Made by a program: the position numbers and the translations under genes. Below the pieces are notes generated by a model. It ran no database searches, was not told the DNA's origin, and saw only the letters and a program-made list of their open reading frames with translations. Below, piece by piece: positions 55,514-64,000 of a stretch of DNA of 64,000 nucleotides (the first letter of the stretch is position 1; each line of letters starts with the position of its first letter). This DNA comes from Octopus vulgaris. Taxonomy: Eukaryota. The DNA lies in contig OX597822.1 in NCBI GenBank assembly GCA_951406725.2, positions 59,582,001 through 59,646,000 of the forward strand. Reading direction: 5' to 3'.

Positions 55514-58500
55514 CTTGATCACCTTGACCGACCAGTCCATCGGGCGTCCATTTGACACCGCTGGTCACAGCACGCTGCCCACTACTCTCTGGATCACGCC
55601 TTTCTCATCCACGTGATCCCAATCGTCCTCCTAAAATCGTAACTCCACCGTCGCGGAGGCATTCCGAGTGGTCGTTTCCACTCGTGCGGGCACCACTCCG
55701 CCTCTGCGCGAGTCCACCGAGTATCGGTGTGCAGCCCATCTAAACTGGCTGCGTGTATATTCTGCAATGACATACATTACGCCGGACTTCTCTCTGATGA
55801 CCTCGCTACTGATGTGCTCTCTCAACGAGATTCCAAGCATTGACCTTTCCATGGCTCTTTGAGTCGTTACCAGTCTCTGCTCTTCTCTCTTTGTTGAAGC
55901 CCATGTTTCACTACCATATAACATTGCAGGTAGAACTGTGCTGTTGATGAGCACATCCCTTATGCTATTAAACGCATATAACTCTCTGTGAGATCTCCTT
56001 TTCTATATCTCGGCACATATTCACTTCCTGTCCCTTTACCTCCTCTATTTCATCACTGCTGATCACCATTCGACCTGTTGGTACGTTGTCTGACCGCATG
56101 AACTTCGTTTTCATGCGGTTCATCTTGAGTCCTACTGCAGAGCTTTTGATGTCGAGCTCCGTCAGCATGGTCTGAAGCTGATCCGTGGTTTCAGCGATGA
56201 CTACGATGTCATCAGCGAAATGGAAGTGGGTGAGGAGCTTGCCATTGGTGTTGACACGCCTTGCCAGTCGACGGCTCTGATGATCTCAAGACATGCGGTG
56301 AAAAGTTTTGGAGAGATCGTATCTCCTTGCTTCATTCCCTTCTCGACCGGCACTCGTACGGGTGATGACAGCAGAGCTATGTCGGTGGAGCATCCGGAAT
56401 TTGCCTCATTGAGCAGTTGCACATATTGCGCCTCGACTCCTTGCCTCTGCAGCGAGTTTAGCACTGCGTTTGTTTCGACGCAACGCAAAGAGGCAGCTTG
56501 TACTCATTCGCTCGCTCAAGCAGTTGTGTTAAAGTAAACATATGGTCCATCGTGCTGTAGTTTTTCCGGAAGCCGGCTTTTTCCCTCGGTTGTTGTTCGT
56601 CGAGATGACGTGATAACCTTTTCAGAATTATCTATGTGAACAGCAGGCATATGGGTCGGTAGTTCTTTAGATCTTCTCTATCGCCCTTCTTACATAGCAG
56701 GATGGTATTTGACTCTTTCCACTGCGAGGGAATTCTTCCCTCGTCTAGATAGCGCGTGAATCGCTCAGAGAGGATTTTCCAGAGCTGCTCTCTGCCTGAC
56801 TTCAACACCGATGTTATACCGTCTTTCCCTGGCGCCTTTCCGTTTTTCATCAATCCGATGGCTCTTTCAACCTCACTGACAAGGATAGGTGGCACATTTT
56901 CTTCCTGTTGGAGTGGTGATAACGGCTGGACATTTCTGGTAGACTTGAAGAGCTTGGTTTAGAAGTCTTCGCAAACTTTTTCCATCTCACTCTTATCGTT
57001 GACCGGTACTCCATCGGTATTCTTCAGGGTCGTCAACTCCGATCTATATAGTACCATGTCCCTCTTGCATTTCTTGAGGCTCTTCTTTTCCTCTGCGGTC
57101 TACAAGAGCTTCTCCATCCGATATGCCTCAAAGTCTCTCTTTAGTTGCTGACGAATCACTCTGCTGAGAAGGGAATATTCAAGGTGATCTTCAATAGTCT
57201 TCATATTTTTCCTCTTCTCGAGTAACTTCGTAGTTTCTTCCGAGATTCTTCCCTTCTAACTTCTCCCTTATCCTTCTTTAAACACTCCTTCAGTTTCCCT
57301 ATCAGTGAGTTGTAGTCATCGTCTATGTCGTCTCCTTGGCACCAGTTTTCCTGCATGATGGCTTCCTGCAGCTTCGCCTCGTTGTAGACTCGGAAATGTT
57401 TTCACTTCGACACCAAATACAGCGCCATCTTCTCCCTCTTCCCGTCGATGACGACCCTCGCCCTCACTAGACGATGATCGCTGCCGGTGTTGAATGGTGT
57501 CACGACGGAGATGTCATGTAATATGCGTCGCTTATCAGCCAGGATGTAGTCGATCTCGCTTCGGTGCTTAGAGTTCGGCGATATCTAGGTCCATCTCTTC
57601 CTCTCCCTCTTCCTGAATAGGCTGTTTCCGATGTAGAGCCGCCTCGCCTCTGCCATGGTAACCAAACGGTCTCCTCTCTAGTTTCTCTCTCCTATGCCGA
57701 ATCTCCCGACGTACTCCTCCCCTTGTCGTCCATGTCCAACCTTTGCGTTGAAGTCTCCCATCACGACAGTGTAAGTGGACTTCACAGCCAGCCCTTTGAC
57801 TAGCTGTCGATAGAATTCTTCCACCTCGTCGTCGTCGCTGGCACTTGTGGGAGCATAGGTCTGGACAATCTTGAGGGTGGCCTTTCCTGAGAGGTTCACA
57901 TTCAGTACACCAAAGCGTGATGATATGAACTGGCAACAAGCGACCCTCGAAGCCCATTCCTTACTTACGATGAATCCGATACCCCCGACCGATCTAGTAC
58001 CTTCTGCTCTCCCTAATCTCACAGTGCATCCATCTTGACATCGTATACTCGCTTCCTTCTTCCAGCGTGTCTCGCACAGCCCTAACACGTCACAGCTGAT
58101 CTTCTTCCTCTCCTCCATTAGGTGGTTCAGTTCTTGCCACCCTGCCAAGGACCTGCAGTTGTAGGTGCATATGGCAAGGTTAGTCCTGTGCCATGACGGC
58201 CCTCGGGAGCCTGTGATTCTTAGCAGCCTCTCGTCGCTCGGGTTGCACTCCGCCGTCATGGAGTGACCCAATTGACGTGCAGGGTACTGGAGGCCTTTTT
58301 CCTTTTCTCTTCGTTCTTCGTGCTGTTTCAGCCATAAGATGATGCCATCCCACTGGCTGGGCGGGTAGGCCGGCATTTTGTTGGATGGCCGTTGACTGTT
58401 CAGGAGTTCATCTGCCCTTTGATGGGTCTTATTTTTCATCCCATAGGGTGTCCAACAGCACCCTCCTCACTAAGCAAGCCTGGTGGGGTTGTCAGTTTAG

Positions 58501-58527
58501 TCGCCGACGACCCGACCATGCAACAGG
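55509..58527 (-). mobile_element. Near full-length RTE-clade LINE, ORF disrupted
   Basis: APE: ICTYNCRSL, LGLCETRW, VQTYAPTS, VMGDFNAKVG. RT: KAPGKDGI, NYRPICLL, GMKQGDTISPKLF, HFADDI, LPAMLYGSETW. 3' tail (CAAGGTGAT)2. Confidence 0.93.
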
Positions 58528-58619
58528 CTCGCGGAATTTGAACTCAGAACGTAGCTGCAGACGAAATACGGCTACGCATTTCGCCCGGCGTGCTAACGGT
58601 TCTCCCAGCTCGCCGCCTT
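58528..58619 (-). mobile_element. SINE family A head only, fused to the RTE 5' end
   Basis: GGCGGCGAGCTGGGAGAACCGTTAGC..GAGTTCAAATTCCGCGAG joined directly to CCTGTTGCATGG. Confidence 0.88.
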
Positions 58620-58623
58620 CGCA

Positions 58624-58688
<65 letters not shown>

Positions 58689-58789
58689 CGCGCGCGCGCA
58701 CGTGTGTCTTTCTCTGTGTGTGTGTCTGTGCGTGTGCGTGCGTGTGTGCGTGCGTGCGTGCGTGTATGTTTGTATGTGTGTGTGTGTGT

Positions 58790-58828
<39 letters not shown>

Positions 58829-59493
58829 TGTGTGCGTGTGTATGTGCATATGTATGTGTATGTAAGTGTCGATGTATGTGTATGTATGTCAGTGTCTTTG
58901 TCTTTGTTCTCCACCGTCACAACCTGTGGTGATCTGTTTATATCCCTGTCTTAGTGGTTCAGCAAAAGAGTCCGATAGAGTAAGTACCTAACTTAAAAAT
59001 AAGTACTGAGATGGATCAATTTGCAATTCATTCGATTAAACCCGCCAAGACGATGTCCCAGCATAGCTGTAGTCCAGTGGCTGAAAGAAATAAAAGGTAA
59101 GAGACAAAAAAAAAAAAAAAAAGCATCGATTCCCTCGCATTCCCGCGCACTCGCATACACACAGACAAATACATGAATACAAGAATTGCGAAACAAGCTC
59201 CGACTTTCTTACCATTTTCCGAAACATCAAACATTTTCAAGAAAGGATAAGTGACATTAAACCTTTCCTATAAAGCTTAAATCCGATTTGTTCATTGAGA
59301 TTAATAAGATTTTTACATTTAAACAAAGTAGAAGTAAAGTGTATATAAAGAGGATAAAGTATAATCACTCAGTTATTTCTGACACTTTTATCCTCTTTTA
59401 TACACACGTTATATTTACCCGAATTATTATTTATCAAAATATAAACACACACAAACGTATATATATACGTTTACAATTTAATCTTTTGCTAAA

Positions 59494-59679
59494 CAAAAGC
59501 AGTCATGACTGCATGCGTGTCGTGAATTGAGAGAACAGTGATAAGTTGATTTGGACCTTTTTTCGAAGGTCATCACTGGTGACGACAGCTGGTGCTAAGG
59601 AATTTGCAGATGTGGAAGAGAGAAAAAAAGAAGATTAAAAAAAAAAAAACGATGGAGGCGTTAAAATGCATCACTTCAC
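59494..59679 (+). repeat. TIR-less duplicate of an internal mariner segment
   Basis: Near-identical to 61680-61864. Confidence 0.88.
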
Positions 59680-60900
59680 GTTTTATTTCCTAGACGGTTA
59701 AATATTTTCAGTAATATTATTTTGAAGTTAGTCGATAAAATGAATGATAGAGTACAGTATCTATGAATAAAGTAATATAAATTTTATAAATTTTATAAAA
59801 GCAAATTAATGTTGAAATATTTAAAGCAACAGGTACAAAAAAATAAAAAAGGCTAGGTAGAAATAATTTTGCAGGCAGAAAAGGCAAGCATGGGAGACAA
59901 CTCCGGATATTGTCTTGGTGTTATTATGATTTCACATTAGCGAAACATATTTCAAAATATTTGACTATTGAGGTGGCGGGGAAAAGTACCTACTAAATGC
60001 ACAAGAATGGGTACTCTGGTAGGCATTGACAATGAGAATTATTTTGGGAACAAAAAAGCCACATCAGCAACCGACAATGTAATTTCATTCTACGGTGATA
60101 TTTCCTAACTAATACCTCGACTCCTGTCCTTATATGTAAGTCTCGTACTTATTCTATCGTCCACCTTGCCAAACTGTTAAGTCAGGAGGACGTAAACAAA
60201 CCCTCACTGGTTGTCATGCGGTCAACTAAGGACAGACACAAACCCAAAAAACATACAAATACACACACAAATACACACGCACACACACATACACACATAC
60301 ACGCATGCATGTAAAGGGCTTCCATATAGTTTCCCTCTAACAAATTCACCCACACGGGATTGGTCGGCTCCGGGATATGGCAGAAGATACTTGCCCAAAG
60401 TACTGCGCAGTGAGATTGAATTCAAAACCACCTGGCTGCATAGCGATCTTCTTAGCCGCACAGCTTTTCCTGCTTTTCAAACATTGCTAATCTCGATCGA
60501 CAGGAATTAATATATCTCATAAGAAATGGTCTTTAAGAATGATCACCGATTTCTGGGAATAACTGATTATATAGTGTCCAACAATCAGATACGTCTATTT
60601 TACAAATTTTCTAAAACCAACTACTGTAATTGCAAAACTTCCCATTGATCCGAAGTGAAACTATTCAAGATTAGTGACAACCATTATGTTTTAAGAATTT
60701 ATCGAATCAGTATTTGTTAACCCGAACGGTAGCGCCCCCATTGGAGCGTTGTGAGCTCATAAAGCGGTGGTAAATGTGAATTGAGAACTATGGCGATGAG
60801 CTAAGTTTCTAGAGATTTAGGGATATTTTTGAGAAATGAAATATTTAAACCAGATACAATAATTATAGTAGCCATTTATGTAACATATATATAAAATATA

Positions 60901-60971
<71 letters not shown>

Positions 60972-61123
60972 AGTCGAAATACCAGATATTGCGTTCTTTG
61001 TCCGAAATAAAAAAATTCTTATGGACGTACTGCGTTAAAAACATAATCTAGAGATTTTGGGATTTTTTTTTCTCCGAGAAATGTAATATTTAAACCAGAT
61101 ACAATAATTATGATAGCCATCTA

Positions 61124-62021
61124 TGAGGAGGTACCCAAAGTAACCGGAAACGTTCTCCATGGGACAAGTTCGTTGTAGTTCAGGTTTCAGCTCTAGAAGC
61201 CACTTGGTGCGAACCTCAGGCATCAGTCTGCCGACTGGCGTCATCGAGTGGGATCGTCTTTGTTTGGCAGTGCTTCTCCCTTATTCGGTGATTTTAGCGA
61301 CAGCTGAAACTAAGAAACGGCGTGCTTTCGTGAAATTGTTTTCTGCTGGGGAAAACAGCGGCCAAAATAGTTGTCATGCTTCAAACAGCTTACAAGGATG
61401 CTACCAAGATCAAAACACAAGTTTACGAGTGGTTTCATGTTTTAGGAATAGTCACTTTGTCTTGAAGACCATCCTCATTCAGGGCGACCGTCGACCTCTC
61501 CAACGAATGAAAACATCACGAAAATTCATGAACTGATCTTGAAGGAGCGCCACAGGCCAATCGACGAACTTGTTGATATGACTGGTGTATCCTGGGGCTC
61601 CTGTCAACGAATTTTGAGCGAAGAATTGCAAACGAAAAGAGTTGCAGCAAAATTTATGCCTCACTTGCTCATGGGAGATCAAAAGCAGTCATGACTGCAT
61701 GCGTGTCGTGAATTGAGAGAACAGCGATAAGTTGATTTGGACCTTTTTTCGAAGGTCATCACTGGTGACGACAGCTGGTGCTAAGGAATTTGCAGATGTG
61801 GAAGAGGGAAAAAAAAAGATTAAAAAAAAAAAAACGATGGTGGCGTTAAAAGGCATCACTTCACAAGAATTTTAGCACTGCTTGGAAGAGTAGAAAACGC
61901 GTCTGGACCGATGCTTTTCTTCAAATGGAGAATACTATGAAGGCGATAAAAGTGTAAACGTGCACAACAAAGTGAATAAAATAATATTGCAAAATTCCAA
62001 TTCCTTTTGGGTACCCCCTCG
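61124..62021 (+). mobile_element. Internally deleted mariner
   Basis: TA|TGAGGAGGTACCCAAAG ... CTTTTGGGTACCCCCTCG|TA. RVAAKFMPHLL, KVITGDDSWC, GEYYEGD. Confidence 0.88.
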
Positions 62022-62161
62022 TATGTATCATATAATATATGTATATATGTATGTGTATATATAACGGGAAGCTTTATGAAAATAGACAAAAGACGAAGGC
62101 AGGTGGAAAACAAACAAACAATTGTATTAGTATGGCGCTCAGGAAATATAAATAAAACAAG

Positions 62162-62199
62162 TCTTTAACGTTTCGAGCCTACGCTCTTCAACAGAAAGA
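62162..62199 (-). ncRNA. Minimal type I hammerhead-like ribozyme (variant core)
   Basis: UCUUU CUGUUGA A GAGC-GUAG-GCUC GAAA CG UU AAAGA. Confidence 0.7.
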
Positions 62200-62563
62200 T
62201 ACACAGAGAGAAAAAAACACAGAAAGAAGGAGATAAAAAAATGCGTGCAGTAACTAACGAATCAACATGGCGATCTGATTTCGGCCAGAGGTCAAAGATC
62301 AAACATGAGACGCGAGAGCGAAATAAGGGGAGATAATAGGGTTGAATGACCCTAGGATAGGTCTGGACAGGCGTATGTATGGGGTTGGTGTATGTATTAG
62401 TATGTATTAGTACGTATTAGTATGTATAAGTGTGTGTGTGTATGAGAGAGTATAAGTGCGTATGAGGGGTCTGGACGTGTGTATGTATAGGGTTGGTGTA
62501 TGTATTAGTATGTATTAGTACGTATTAGTATGTATTAGTTGGTGTATGTATTAGTATGGCACA

Positions 62564-64000
62564 TCATATATGATGTGATGTGTAAAGTCGTGTGGTGTAG
62601 TGAGGAGAAGAGGGGGAGAAGAGGGGGGAGAAGGGGATGGGAAGAAGAGAGGGGGGAAGAGGAGAGGAGGGGGAGAGAGAGGAGGGGGGAGGAAGGAGGA
62701 AAGAGGGGGGGAGAGAGAAGGGGAGAGAGGGAGTGAGGGAGCAGAGGGAAGGGGAAGAGGGAGGGAGAAAGAGGGAAGAAAGGAAGGGGAGTAGGGGTGA
62801 AAGGATGAAGGACTGAAGAAGTAGGGGTCGGGGGGAAGGATAGGTGAGGAGGGGGGAGAGGGGGTTAGATGAGGAGGGGGGAGAGTTGAGACCAAATGGC
62901 GTATAAGAGCGAAGAGAGAAGATTAATTCCTGTTCACGGCGCAAACGGGAATCCGGATGGCCTCTGTGTAAGGACAAACCGAACACAGATAGGTGTTGCA
63001 AGGAGTGACCGGTGGAGCGGAAATGGCGTGAGACCGGTGTGTCGTTCGCAAGGTGGATGTCACGAAGGTGTTCCGCGAACCGGTCAGCCAAGCGGCGTCC
63101 CGTTTGTCCGATGTAAAAGGAATTGCAGAGAGAGCAAGAGACGCAATAGATAATATTGCTGGAGGTGCAGGTGAAGGAGTGGATGATGGGATAGGGTCGA
63201 TGGTGGGTGCTAGTGAGGCGGGTGGTGTTGGAGAGGTAAGGGCAAGTGCGGCAACGTGGGCGGGAGCAGGGGAACGAGCCGGGTTGGAAGGTAGGGTCAG
63301 GGAAGGAGCTATGGACCAAAAGGTCTCGAAGGTTGTGGGCTCGTTTGAAAGAGGGGAGGGGTCGGTTAGGGAAGAGGTGTGAAGTGGACGGGTCGGACTG
63401 GAGATGACGGAAAGCTCGAAGAATGGTGCGTTGGAGACGTAGGGTCGTGGGGTGGTAAGTGAGGGGAAAAGGGAGGCGGGAGACTACAGGGCGGGTTCGG
63501 GGAGAGAGAGCAGATACACGGTCCACGGACCGTGCTCTGGCAAGGGCGGTGTGGATAGTGGTGAGGGGGTATCCACGTAGGGTGAAGTGGTGAGTCATAC
63601 GTTGAGACTGAGTCTCAAAGTCATGGTCGTCACTACAGAGCCTACGTAGACGGAGGAATTGGGAATAGGGGATGGAAAGCTTGGTGTGTTCTGGGTGGGA
63701 GGAAGAGAAGTTGAGGTATGAGTGTGAGTCTGTGTGTTTGTAGTGAATGGAGGTGGTAAGAGTGGAGTGAAGAATGCTAACCGAAATGTCGAGGAAGGAG
63801 ACAGAGGTGTTGGAGATAGTGGAAGTGAAGTGGAGGGCTGGATGGAAAGATTGGACGAAAGAGAAGAAGGAATCTAGATGTTCATGGGAGAGTGAGGTGG
63901 CACCGATAATGTCGTCAATGTAACGACCATATAGTTCAGGAGTGGGACCAGTGAAATTAGAGAATATTTGGACCTCAACATAGCCAACGAACAGGTTCGC
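62564..64000 (-). CDS. Penelope-like RT plus GIY-YIG endonuclease (partial, open to window edge)
   Basis: ANLFVG, RYIDDI, VSFLDI, SIPYSQFLRLRRLCS, CSRPRCRTC linker, NIIYCVSCSLC..YIGQTGRRLADRFAEH..REQELI..PFGLN. Conserved part ends near 62890. Confidence 0.92.
   Translation of the reverse strand, partial: ANLFVGYVEVQIFSNFTGPTPELYGRYIDDIIGATSLSHEHLDSFFSFVQSFHPALHFTSTISNTSVSFLDISVSILHSTLTTSIHYKHTDSHSYLNFSSSHPEHTKLSIPYSQFLRLRRLCSDDHDFETQSQRMTHHFTLRGYPLTTIHTALARARSVDRVSALSPRTRPVVSRLPFPLTYHPTTLRLQRTILRAFRHLQSDPSTSHLFPNRPLPSFKRAHNLRDLLVHSSFPDPTFQPGSFPCSRPRCRTCPYLSNTTRLTSTHHRPYPIIHSFTCTSSNIIYCVSCSLCNSFYIGQTGRRLADRFAEHLRDIHLANDTPVSRHFRSTGHSLQHLSVFGLSLHRGHPDSRLRREQELIFSLRSYTPFGLNSPPSSSNPLSPLLTYPSPRPLLLQSFILSPLLPFLSSLFLPPSSPSLCSLTPSLPFSLPPSFLLPPPSSLSPSSPLPPSLLPIPFSPLFSPSSPHYTTRLYTSHHI

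Larger units (their letters stand above)
62064..64000 (-). mobile_element. Penelope-like element (Neptune-like), continues beyond window
   Basis: ORF, then a polypyrimidine tract, short tandem repeats and a pLTR with a hammerhead. Confidence 0.9.

Overview
Eukaryotic, AT-rich, repeat-saturated animal DNA. The SINE families, Dong/R4 LINE relics, mariners and the (TA)n/(CA)n/(ATT)n/(TATG)n load point to an octopus-type cephalopod (inference). No host gene can be recognised with confidence, and most listed ORFs are microsatellite artefacts or transposon fragments. Supported content: seven mariner-derived elements, including a family with ~275-bp inverted arms (one copy carries a nested mariner); a decayed ZMYM1-type hAT transposase and a hAT MITE; Dong/R4, Tx1/L1-like and CR1-like LINE relics; a ~3 kb RTE LINE fused at its 5' end to a tRNA-SINE head; at least four Penelope-like element (PLE) families with six hammerhead or hammerhead-like motifs, two of them in a ~945-bp fold-back; and many tRNA-derived SINEs. 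The most interesting items are the SINE-head/RTE chimera, the hammerhead fold-back and variant cores, a (TAA)n-embedded stack of non-autonomous retroelements, SINE tail swapping, and a few speculative phase-compatible exon pairs. All calls were made by eye, and the ends of decayed elements are approximate.
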